From: an uncultured Acidobacteriota bacterium
Lineage (GTDB): Bacteria > Acidobacteriota > Thermoanaerobaculia > Multivoradales > JAHEKO01
DNA length: 64,000 bases
Direction of reading: 5' to 3'
NCBI GenBank assembly: GCA_963713825.1
Contig: CAVQNG010000005.1
Location: forward strand, 256,001-320,000
Below the pieces are notes generated by a model, which did no database searches, was not told the DNA's origin, and saw nothing but the letters and a program-made list of their open reading frames with translations. Below are positions 1-8,878 of the stretch, one piece after another. Each line of letters begins with the position of its first letter. Within the stretch, counting starts at the first letter, position 1. A program made the position numbers and the translations under genes.

Positions 1-1668
1 CTCGGAGACGCTCGGGCCATCGATCCTCTTCTGGGGGCAGCGGCTGACACGGACCTGGAAACGGGCCGCAGGGCAGTCGCCTCGCTGGCCAGCTTGAACA
101 CCGATCTCCAGCGGGTGATCGTAGCCATGAACGCACTACCAGCCGAGGAGACCTGGCGACGATTGCTGCCCTCCCTTTACAGGTTCCCCGGTTCCGACAC
201 TCTTTCGGTCGCGCAACAAGCGCTGACCCTGAGGGAGCCAGAGCTCCGGAAGCTGGCGTTCTACGCCCTGGCGCGCGATCCTCTCCCCGAGGCGGCCCCG
301 CTCATTCGTCCCTTTCTACAGGATCCTGATCCGTGGGTGAGTGGCTTGGCTGCGCGAGCGCTCGGGCAGGTGGGCGACAGACAAGATTTCGACCTCATCG
401 AACCGCTTCTGAACGATGAGACAACTCCGGTGGTCCAAGCCTTGCGAGCGGGCAGCAACCTGGTCGCACGAAGTGAAGACGCTGCGCCCGAGGATTGGAT
501 CCCGGAGCTCTTGCGGTTGATGCGGCATCCGGATCCAGGTGTGGCCATCACGGCTACAGAGACCGCCGCTGCCTGGCTGCCCAACGGTTCCCTGGCAGAC
601 GCAATCGTGGCGCTGGTTACCTCCGGTTCCGGGCGCCAGAAGGAGGTGGCCATCCTGTCCCTGGCCGCGGGTGGCGATTCACGGGGCGCGGCTCTTCTTC
701 CGCCCCTGTCGCGGGATGCCGATCCCCGGTGGCGAGCCGTGGCCGCGACAGCGGCAGCCGAGCTCGGGATGACTTCGACCCTGGTGACCCTGCTCGAGGA
801 CGGCGACCCTGGAGTTCGGCTCTCAGCCCTCACCGGTGTAGTAGACCTCGAGCAGGAGTGGGCTGGTGGATCCGTGGTCCAGATGCTGGAGGACTCTGAC
901 CCCGCCGTGCGGGGAAAAGCGCTCGAGTGGGCGGCAGAGAATCCAGAGATTCCGGTGGATCTTCTGGAGCAGGGATTGGCCGGTCCACCTCGTCAGCCGG
1001 TGGAGTTGTACCTGCACGGCACTGCCGCGTTGCTGGCCAGAGCTCTCGGCGAGCCTCTGGAAAGGGGAGAGATCGTCAGAATCCTCGAAGAGCTGGCCTC
1101 GCGGGCGGACTACCCGGTGCGGGTTCGGGCTGGCCTCGCACTGGAGGAGCTGGGACGCCCCCGACCGGCCGTGGGACCGGCGAGCGTCCGACGCACTGCG
1201 CCTACCTACCGAGAGTTGATCCGACGCTCCTCCAGGCCTCGATTCGTCGAGCTGCACACCCATCACGGCATCGTCAGATTGGAGCTCGATTGCCCGACGG
1301 CTCCTTTGACCTGTCTGAACTTCCTGCAGTTGGTCAATCAGGGGTTCTACGACGGTCTGGAGTTCCATCGCGTCGTGCCCGATTTCGTGGTTCAGGGAGG
1401 CGACCCCCGAGGGGATGGCTGGGGCGGCCCGGGGTACACGATCCGAGACGAGTTGAGCGGCAAGCCGTTCGGTAGAGGCGTCATCGGAATGGCCCTGGCC
1501 GGTCCTGATACGGGCGGCAGCCAGTTCTTCATCACGCTCTCTCCCCAGCCTCACCTGGACGCCGCTTTTACCGCCTTTGGGGAAGTGACCGACGGAATGG
1601 AGGTGCTCCTGCAGCTCGAGCAGGGCGATCGCATCGAGCGTCTCCTGGAGGTGCCGTTAAGGCACTGA
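1..1668 (+). CDS. HEAT-repeat protein with C-terminal cyclophilin-type peptidyl-prolyl isomerase (5' partial)
   Basis: Frame open from base 1 (LGDARAIDPLL...). HEAT-like repeats (D.DP.VR..A..AL) precede cyclophilin motifs FHRVVPDFVVQGGDP, GMALAGPDTGGSQFFIT and PHLD..FTAFG. Confidence 0.9.
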   Translation, partial: LGDARAIDPLLGAAADTDLETGRRAVASLASLNTDLQRVIVAMNALPAEETWRRLLPSLYRFPGSDTLSVAQQALTLREPELRKLAFYALARDPLPEAAPLIRPFLQDPDPWVSGLAARALGQVGDRQDFDLIEPLLNDETTPVVQALRAGSNLVARSEDAAPEDWIPELLRLMRHPDPGVAITATETAAAWLPNGSLADAIVALVTSGSGRQKEVAILSLAAGGDSRGAALLPPLSRDADPRWRAVAATAAAELGMTSTLVTLLEDGDPGVRLSALTGVVDLEQEWAGGSVVQMLEDSDPAVRGKALEWAAENPEIPVDLLEQGLAGPPRQPVELYLHGTAALLARALGEPLERGEIVRILEELASRADYPVRVRAGLALEELGRPRPAVGPASVRRTAPTYRELIRRSSRPRFVELHTHHGIVRLELDCPTAPLTCLNFLQLVNQGFYDGLEFHRVVPDFVVQGGDPRGDGWGGPGYTIRDELSGKPFGRGVIGMALAGPDTGGSQFFITLSPQPHLDAAFTAFGEVTDGMEVLLQLEQGDRIERLLEVPLRH

Positions 1669-1732
1669 TGCCCACCTCCACGGCAGCGGTGAAGCAAGGT
1701 CTGCCAAGGGGCTGAGGTACACTGCTTCGTTC

Positions 1733-2323
1733 ATGACGGTGAGGCGTCGAATCAACCGACTGGCCCTCGGTCGTGCTCTTCGTGGCACGATTCTGATCGG
1801 CGTTTGGACCCTTGTGATGGCCCTACCGACAACAGCCCAAGAATCGGACGAATCGATCCTCCTCGGCGCCGTGACCCGCGCTGAGATCGAAGCCGCGATA
1901 CCCGACTGGGTGAGCGAGGCGATGGCATCGCAGCCCGATCTGGAAGCGACGGATCGGCTCCTGCAGGCGATCGATGGCGCCGAAGTTGTGGTCTATCTGG
2001 GTTCCTGGTGCGACGATACCCGTCGGGAGTTGGGACGCTTCTGGTGGGCCCTGGATTCGTTGGGAGTGGAGGGGCCATCTCAAGTGACCTATGTGGCCGT
2101 TGATCGCAGCCTGACTAAGCCAGCCGACCAGGTCGCAGGAGTGGGCCTGATCAGGGTTCCCACGATCGTGGTGAGACGCGGCGGCGTCGAGCAGGGTCGC
2201 ATCGTGGAAGAGTCGCCCAATGGCATCGAGATCGACCTCCTCGGCCTCCTCGGCGGGGAGGTGAGCGGGACCATCACCGCTAGCGAAGACCTCTGGATCG
2301 AGGAGACCGACTCCCAGCCCTGA
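1733..2323 (+). CDS. exported thioredoxin-like protein (monothiol WCDD)
   Basis: Signal peptide, then YLGSWCDDT, cis-Pro motif RVPT and GRIVE, typical of a thioredoxin fold. Confidence 0.75.
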   Translation: MTVRRRINRLALGRALRGTILIGVWTLVMALPTTAQESDESILLGAVTRAEIEAAIPDWVSEAMASQPDLEATDRLLQAIDGAEVVVYLGSWCDDTRRELGRFWWALDSLGVEGPSQVTYVAVDRSLTKPADQVAGVGLIRVPTIVVRRGGVEQGRIVEESPNGIEIDLLGLLGGEVSGTITASEDLWIEETDSQP

Positions 2324-2351
2324 ACCTGCGGCTGGAGTAGGCACCGAAACG

Positions 2352-2513
2352 ATGAAGAACCTGGGGTGGGGCCTGCAGTTCCTGGCTCTCATTGTCGTCG
2401 GATGTGCCCTGCTCTTGGGGTTGGCCTATGAGTCCATGGCCGCCGAGCTGAGTCTCCTCGGGCTGGGTATCCTTCTCTTCATGCTGGGCAAGCGGATTCA
2501 GGACGACAGCTGA
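2352..2513 (+). CDS. small (53 aa) two-TM membrane protein
   Basis: Not in the ORF track. ATG at 2352 reads MKNLGWGLQFLALIVVGCALLLGLAYESMAAELSLLGLGILLFMLGKRIQDDS* and fills the gap between co-oriented genes. Confidence 0.7.
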   Translation: MKNLGWGLQFLALIVVGCALLLGLAYESMAAELSLLGLGILLFMLGKRIQDDS

Positions 2514-2561
2514 TGGGCCGTGAGGAACAGGTCTGACGAATTGCCAAGATCCGAGGAAGGT

Positions 2562-3545
2562 GTGAAAAGGCTACTGATTCTGGGAGATCTGCCGGGTGAC
2601 GGTGTTAGGCGGCTGCAAGGCAGTTGCGAGGTCGAAGTGCACGACGGTGAGGGGCTCGGCGAGGCCGAGCTGATCAGGCTCATTCCAGGGTTCCACGGCC
2701 TTCTGACCCTGCTGATCCACCCCGTGACCGAGCGCGTACTGGCGGCTGCCGATCGTCTACAGATCGTCGCCAACTGTGCCGTCGGAGTCGACAACATCGA
2801 CCTGGCTGCCGCCGAGCGCCACCGGGTCATCGTGACGAACACCCCGGATGTGCTGACGGCCGACACCGCCGATCTGACGTGGGGCCTGATCCTGGCCGTC
2901 TTGCGGGGCATTGTCAGTGGAGACAAGTATCTTCGCCGCGGGAGCTTTCACGGCTGGCGGCCGAAGCTCTTGATGGGTCGCTCGCTCGCCGCCGTGACCC
3001 TCGGTGTCGTCGGGCCGGGCCGAATCGGGCGAGCCGTTTTGGCCCGGGCCCCAGCCTTCGGAGTTCGGAGCCTCTATCATGGTCCTTCTCGACTCCCGGA
3101 ACAGACGGAGCGCGAACTGGAAACGGAATGGTGTGGGCTCGAAGACCTACTGATGGCGAGTGATGTGGTCTCTCTCCACGTGCCGCTGAACACTGACACC
3201 CGTCACCTCATGGACCGCCGAACGCTGCTAAGCATGAAGAAGGGGAGCTTCCTCATCAACACGGCCCGGGGCCCCCTGGTCGACGAGTCGGCTCTGGCGG
3301 ACGCCGTGGCCAGCGGCCACCTTGCCGGTGCCGGACTCGACGTCTATGAGGCCGAGCCCGAGGTGCATCCGCGGCTTCTGGAGCTCGACAACGTCGTTCT
3401 GGTACCCCATATCGGCTCAGCGACGATAGAAACCCGTACACGTATGGCAGACTGTTGCTTCGAGGACCTCTACACGGTTCTCGTGGAGGAGACGGTTCCA
3501 GAGAGGGCCCTGGTGAAACCAGCCCCTGAGGGCGAAAAGCCATAG
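2562..3545 (+). CDS. D-isomer-specific 2-hydroxyacid dehydrogenase (glyoxylate reductase / D-glycerate dehydrogenase)
   Basis: VGVDNID, NTPDVLT..TAD, GxGRIG, INTARG, GLDVYE.EP and PHIGSAT motifs. GTG start after GAGGAAGG. Confidence 0.9.
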   Translation: MKRLLILGDLPGDGVRRLQGSCEVEVHDGEGLGEAELIRLIPGFHGLLTLLIHPVTERVLAAADRLQIVANCAVGVDNIDLAAAERHRVIVTNTPDVLTADTADLTWGLILAVLRGIVSGDKYLRRGSFHGWRPKLLMGRSLAAVTLGVVGPGRIGRAVLARAPAFGVRSLYHGPSRLPEQTERELETEWCGLEDLLMASDVVSLHVPLNTDTRHLMDRRTLLSMKKGSFLINTARGPLVDESALADAVASGHLAGAGLDVYEAEPEVHPRLLELDNVVLVPHIGSATIETRTRMADCCFEDLYTVLVEETVPERALVKPAPEGEKP

Positions 3546-3603
3546 ACAGCAGGCACCAAGGGATGTCTCCGCAGGTCGATCGTTGAGGCCTTCACAGCCA
3601 TCC

Positions 3604-3629
3604 TGCAACCTTTCACGAATGAGCACGTA
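3604..3629 (+). promoter_or_regulatory. SigW-type ECF promoter (TGCAAC-N16-CGTA), probably autoregulatory
   Basis: Matches the SigW-like TGAAAC-N16-CGTA consensus with one mismatch. Ends 5 nt before the ECF sigma ATG. Confidence 0.65.
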
Positions 3630-3634
3630 ATGAG

Positions 3635-4222
3635 ATGACGACGGGATCGACGCAGCTTACGGACGCGGAATTGGTCGCGGCGATCCTCAAAGGAGAGCAG
3701 GAGCTTTTCAGTGATCTGGTTCAACGCTATCAAGGCCGTTTGGTCAATTACCTCTACCGCCTCCTCCGCAACGCGTCGGAGGCCGAGGACCTTGCCCAGG
3801 AGGTCTTTCTCAAGCTCTACCGAGCTCTGGACCGGTACGATCCGAGCTATAAGTTCTCAACGTGGCTTTTCCGCGTCGCTCAAAACGCCGCGATCGACCA
3901 GATTCGTAAGCGCCGCCTGCAGCTCGTCTCCATGGATCGAGCCGGCGACGGCACCAGCGGTTCGGGTACCTGGGAGTTTCCGAGCTCCGATCCGAGCCCA
4001 TACGGCGACTTGCGCAACACCGAGCGCGGAGAAGCGATCCAAGAAGCGATTGATGAACTACCCTGGGACTACCGAGAGTTGATTGTGTTACGCCATTTTG
4101 GTGAATTGTCCTACGACGAAATCGCGACTCTCAAAGGTATGCCTCTTGGAACGGTCAAGAACAAGCTCTTTCGGGGTCGCCAGATGATGAAGGACAAGCT
4201 ACGCGACTTCTTGACGGACTGA
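3635..4222 (+). CDS. ECF RNA polymerase sigma factor (SigW/RpoE-like)
   Basis: Region 2 AEDLAQEVFLK...FSTWLFRVA.N..ID; region 4 LSYDEIA...PLGTVKNKLFRGR. Confidence 0.95.
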   Translation: MTTGSTQLTDAELVAAILKGEQELFSDLVQRYQGRLVNYLYRLLRNASEAEDLAQEVFLKLYRALDRYDPSYKFSTWLFRVAQNAAIDQIRKRRLQLVSMDRAGDGTSGSGTWEFPSSDPSPYGDLRNTERGEAIQEAIDELPWDYRELIVLRHFGELSYDEIATLKGMPLGTVKNKLFRGRQMMKDKLRDFLTD

Positions 4223-4247
4223 GTCCGACAGTGAGGCAACGGCAGCC

Positions 4248-4850
4248 ATGAGGACAAGAGAACCCGACCACAGCACCTACCAGGAGTGGCTCCATTCGGA
4301 GCTCGATGGTGGACTGACGACCGGTGAGCGGTCGCAGCTGCGCGATCACCTCGCCTTCTGTGATCAGTGCAAGGCAGAGAAAGAGGAGTTGATCAAGCTC
4401 GAGCGTCTCCTGGCCGAGTCCCGCTTGCCGGTGCGAGCCGACTTCTGTGACGAGGTCATGGCGTCGCTTCCAGCCTCGGGTTGGGAGGCGCGTTTTCCAA
4501 GAAGCTGGATTGCCGCCCTGGTCGCGGTCGTAGTTCTGGTCGCAGGGGCCGCTGCCCTCATTTCGTCGGCCGGGCAGGGTGTCGAGCCGACAGTGCCGTT
4601 GGCAGGAGCCTTGGCGGCGATCCTCGGCATGCTTCAGTCCTCCGCCCTGGCCGGGGCTGGACTCCTGACCGCCTCCTGGAAGGGTCTGGGTCTGGCATTC
4701 CAGGAGCTGCTCGGCGGCTCGATCTGGAATCTCGTGGCCGTCAGCGTCCTGGTATTCGCCGTAGACTTCATGCTGATCCGCATGCTCCTTCGACAGGGCC
4801 AGCCCGCAGCGGAGCGCTCCGGTCGCTCCGCTTCCAACGACGATTCATAG
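4248..4850 (+). CDS. membrane-anchored zinc anti-sigma factor (zf-HC2/ZAS)
   Basis: HLAFCDQC (HxxxCxxC) followed by about 3 hydrophobic helices. Directly downstream of the ECF sigma gene. Confidence 0.85.
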   Translation: MRTREPDHSTYQEWLHSELDGGLTTGERSQLRDHLAFCDQCKAEKEELIKLERLLAESRLPVRADFCDEVMASLPASGWEARFPRSWIAALVAVVVLVAGAAALISSAGQGVEPTVPLAGALAAILGMLQSSALAGAGLLTASWKGLGLAFQELLGGSIWNLVAVSVLVFAVDFMLIRMLLRQGQPAAERSGRSASNDDS

Positions 4851-4866
4851 CGCTACCTGGCGCTCC

Positions 4867-5477
4867 GAGGGATGAGGCGCCCGGCTCACCGCCGGCCGTT
4901 CTTTGTGGGGTTGGGGTTGAGGCGGCTGTCGCTTGCTCCAGCCCGTCCCTGAGGGCTTGGAGCTGAGAGGCCCGTCCGGGTGGCCCGCCTGGGGGACGGC
5001 GTCGGCTACTCAGACTGCAACGGGCGGGCCGCCACCTTGTCACGTCATCGCGCCGGATCTGGTGTGCTCTTCGACGGCTCTTGCGCTGCGCTCGACGTGG
5101 CACCCCCTGACGAACCACCCGAACGATCCTCTGGCACCGACTGGCAGTGAGGCAGGCAGAGCAATAGGGGCGTAAGGGCGTAGGGGGCTAGGGCTTGAGC
5201 CTCTGTTCCCCCTAAGCCCTCAAAGACTGGCCGGAAGCAATGCCCGGCCACTTCACCCCCCACTGCCCCAAGGGCCGGCAGGGAGGTGCGACCGGACGCG
5301 CCTCAACCCCAGGCCGGGCGGGTGGGGGCCCAGGGGGTTCTTGCAGCGGTAGGGAGGATAAGCCCCCTGGGGGCCCCACGTCGGACCCCTCAGGATCAGT
5401 CTCTTTGCCCAGGACCCAGGACCCGGGTCCCAAGCCCCAAGGGTCGGCCGGGAGGCACGCGCGGGCGACTCAACCCG
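4867..5477. repeat. modular palindromic repeat mosaic (BIME/MITE-like), copy A
   Basis: About five ~50-nt units (GGGTTGAGGC-hairpin-CTTTGAGGGCTTGGGG or its reverse complement), a ~170-nt core at 4962-5135 and a long hairpin at ~5314-5390. All are homologous to 54781-55322. Confidence 0.8.
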
Positions 5478-5527
5478 CCGTGTCTGAGCTAAACTCTGCA
5501 GGAGCGCGCCGGGGAATAGAGCTTGCC

Positions 5528-7731
5528 GTGAAACGACTGATTCCAGATCGACACACTCTCTTGGGCGTCAGCCTGGCGGCGGCAGTGCTACTGGGGCTTT
5601 TCGGTTGCTCCAAGCCTGGTGGGCCGAAGATCGAAGGCGCTCAAGGGGCGCCGGTCATCCTGATCTCGATTGATACGCTGCGCTCCGATCGACTCCCGGT
5701 TTATGGCTACGACAAGGTCGAGACGCCCCATCTGGATGCCTTTGCTCGCGATGCGATCACCTTCGATCGGGCCTACAGCCACACGCCGCTGACCCTGCCC
5801 TCGCACGCCTCGATCCTGAGCGGCAAGCTGCCCGACCAGCACGGTGTTCGCGACAACGTCGGTTATGACGTGCCGGACGACCTGGTGGCCTTCCTGCCAC
5901 GAGATCTCGGGGCCGAAGGGTACAAGACGGGTGCGGCCGTCTCCGCCTACGTCCTGCGCGGCGAGACCGGCATCGCCAACGGCTTCGATTTCTTCGAGGA
6001 CGACATCCGATTTCAGGAGGGTGTCGCTGGGGGGCTCTCTCACGCCGTGGAGGCGAAACCCTGAATGCCGCGCGTGGCTGGCTGCGCTCGGTGGCGGCGG
6101 AGAAGTTCTTCTTCTTCTTTCATCTGTACGAGCCACATCTGCCCTGGGAGGCACCGGAACCGTACGCCTCACGATTCGAAGACCCCTACGATGCCGAGGT
6201 GGCAGCCGCCGACGCGGTGGTGGGGGAGCTGATCGCAGAGCTCAAGGAGCTGGAGGTCTACTCGAAGGCCATCATCATCGTGGTCTCGGATCACGGGGAA
6301 GGCCTCCGCAGTCATGGCTACATGGAGCATGGGTTCTTCCTGTACCGTGAGGACATTCAGGTGCCGCTGCTGTTGAAGCTGCCGAGTCAGCAACAGGGCG
6401 GTACGAGGCGGACAGCCGACGCGCAGCTCGTGGATCTCTACCCGACGATCGCAGGATTGGTCGGCCTGCCGACCGACGACAGCCTGCCGGGATGCTCCTT
6501 GCTGATGCTTCCCGAGTGCGGCGGCCCCGACCGGATCGTCTACTCCGAGAGCTTCTACGCTCGTCTGCATTTCGGCTGGAGTGATCTGGCCTCCTTGGTG
6601 CAGGGCAAGTATCACTACATCGATGGACCTCAACCCGAGCTCTACGACCTCGAAGAGGATCCCTTGGAGACGACGAACATTCTCAGGGATCAGAGGCACG
6701 TTTACGGCGCTCTGCACAAGAGGCTCGAGGAATTCAATCGGCAACTCGAGCCCCCGATGGAGGTGGACGAGGAGACCCGCAGCCGCTTGGAGGCGTTGGG
6801 CTACCTTGGTTCGAGCCCGGGCGATCTGGAAGGGCCGCTTCCCGACCCGAAGTCAGAGTTTCAGACTCTGCAAGAGCTGAACGAGGCGAGGACTCTCCTC
6901 GACAACGGTGAGTTCGAGCAGGCGGCGACGATCGCCAGGCAGGCGGTCGAGGCCAATCCCAGAATGATCGACGCCTGGGATGTTCTGGGCAATGCCCTCG
7001 AGCAGCAGGGACAACTCGACGGGGCTCTGGAAGCCTACAGACAGGGGATGGAGGTCTCGGGACCGCGGTCGGAGGTGATTCTGGCGATCTCGAGAGTGCA
7101 GTTGGAGCTCGGTCGGGTCGAGGAGGCAGTGGCAGGGATCGAAGCGGCGCGCCAGGCCGGGGTCATCAACCCCAATTCGATGCGACGCATCGGTCTGCAG
7201 CTCGTCGAGTGGGGGCGAACCGAAGAGGCTCTCTCCATCGTCGAGGAGGCGGCCGAGGACGGTACTGCCGAGTCGTTGGGAGCCCTGGGACGGGTGCTTT
7301 CCGAGCTCGATCGACAGCAGGATGCAATCGACGTCCTGAACCGAGCTCTGGCCGTCGATCCTGACCACGCACGAGCCCACGAATACCTGGGCCTGGTCTA
7401 TCTGCGTCTGAGCGAGAGCGCGCCATCTCGCGACTACTCGGAGAGGGCCGTGGAGTTGGATCCGACTCTGGCGGACGCCTGGAACAACCTCGGCGCCGCG
7501 CTCTATTTTCTGGGCCGGCCAGAAGAGGCTCTGCAGGCCTGGGAGACGGCGGTCGAGCAGGACCCCTCTCAGTACGAGACGCTGTTCAACATCGGCATCA
7601 AGGCTCCCGAGCTCGGCCGGCTCGACCAAGCCAGGGTGGCTCTGCGGCGCTTCATAGAAACCGCTCCAGAGCGGCGGTATGCGGCAGATATCGAGGAAGC
7701 GCAGCGCATCCTGCGTCAACTCGGCGGTTGA
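5528..7731 (+). CDS. sulfatase-like (alkaline phosphatase superfamily) lipoprotein with C-terminal TPRs; frameshifted near 6030-6043
   Basis: Lipobox LFGC, ISIDTLRSD and TPLTLPSH lie in one frame. ETLNAARGWLRSVAAEKFFFFFHLYEPH, SDHGE, LEALGY and the TPRs lie in the -1 frame. The joined protein aligns with paralog 28408-30618. Confidence 0.8.
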
Positions 7732-7742
7732 AAGGAGAGGTT

Positions 7743-8697
7743 TTGAAGATCCGGCGTAGCCGAAGGAGGATGGTCTTTTGGAGTATGGCAGTAGCGATGG
7801 GGTGCGACTGCTGCCGGCTCCAGTCAGGCGCAGAACCTACCGGCGATCGTCGTCGAGGAGGGGAGCGTGGCGCGACAAGAGGTCGTCGCACTGGGCCGCG
7901 ACCTGGTCGTGTCTGGCGAAGCGATGAGCGACGTGGTCTCCATCAGCGGCTCGACGCGGGTCGAGGGTCGAGTCGGCGGCGACGTCATCGTTTTGGGCGG
8001 TGACGGCCTGCTGAGCGAGACGGCTCGCATCGAGGGCGATGTCTTCGTTCTGGGTGGTCGGTTGGAGGCCGCGCCCGGAGCACGGATCGAGGGGCGCTCG
8101 GTGTCCTACCCGACCGTCAGCTCCGCCTGGCTGACCCTCATGGAAGGTCCTTCGCTCGGGCTGTCGGCCGCTTCGCCGGTGATTCTCGGCGCCAAGCTGG
8201 CCCTGATGGCCGCGTGGCTCGCCTTGACTTTGCTTCTTTTTGCCACCAGCGGACGGCAGTTGCTGGAAACCTCGGAGTCCGTGCAAGCGAATCCAGGTCG
8301 CAACTTCGTGACCGGGGTGGCGGCTGTCCTCGCGATGCTGTTGACCGCCTTGTTCTTCAGCGCCTTCGCCGCCGCCATCGTCGGCATTCCCCTGTTGATT
8401 CTCGTCGTGCTTCTGGCCCTGATGCTGAAGCTCTGGGGTATGGTGAGTGTCTTTCACGCCACCGGCTATTGGTTGGTTGCAAGGCTCTTCAAGAAGCGGG
8501 CTCTGCCGCTGAACTATGCGCTCGTCGGTCTTCTGGTCCTGGGTGCGGTCAAGCTCGTACCCTGGGTTGGGACCTGGGCTTGGACGGTGGCCACCTTCAT
8601 CGGGGTCGGCTCCACACTGACCACGAAGTTCGGGCGGCAGGAGCCCTGGTTCGATCTCGAAGTGACTGACCGACGAAGCTCTCCAGTACGACTCTGA
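7743..8697 (+). CDS. membrane protein with N-terminal bactofilin/polymer-forming-like beta repeats; probable frameshift near 7800
   Basis: V.GDV.V.GG repeats and about 5 TM helices in ORF 7867-8697. A signal-peptide-like start (TTG 7743 after AGGAGAGG) is in another frame. Confidence 0.7.
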
Positions 8698-8727
8698 AGC
8701 GTCCGTCGACCCCATCCGACGCTCTGC

Positions 8728-8756
8728 TTGACCCTTCCTGAGCGATCCCATACGCT
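8728..8756 (+). promoter_or_regulatory. sigma70-type promoter (TTGACC-N17-TACGCT)
   Basis: Near-consensus -35 and -10 boxes with 17-nt spacing, upstream of the hbd-TPR-proS operon. Confidence 0.6.
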
Positions 8757-8764
8757 GTCGATGT

Positions 8765-8852
8765 CTCCCCGGACCTCGGGGTCGCGCCTGCCCTGGCAGG
8801 GTGGCGAGATGGGAGCGACCGCGGCGAGGGCCTCCGAGCAGAGTCCGGGGAG
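8765..8852 (+). ncRNA. candidate structured 5' leader RNA
   Basis: Nested helices CTCCCCGGAC/GTCCGGGGAG, CTCGG/CCGAG and GGTCGC/GCGACC plus inner hairpins, starting at the predicted TSS. Confidence 0.4.
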
Positions 8853-8878
8853 GATCACGAAACAACAAGGAGGAACTC

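Noticed and set aside
4867-5477. CRISPR-like or integron attC interpretation of the repeated units
   Set aside because: Units are few, degenerate and in both orientations, the 'spacers' are related hairpins, and there are no cas genes or integrase. GTTGAGG/CCTCAAC face the wrong way for attC.
5240-5527. N-terminal extension of the sulfatase ORF and small ORFs within the repeat mosaics
   Set aside because: G/P-rich translations of palindromic repeats. The lipoprotein signal begins at GTG 5528.
8780-8820. ZMP/ZTP riboswitch or SRP RNA resemblance (GGTCGC...GGGAGCGACC)
   Set aside because: Lacks ACUGGCG and the 3' CGCCUGGGC hairpin of ZTP, and lacks the GGAAGGAAGCAGC motif of SRP RNA.
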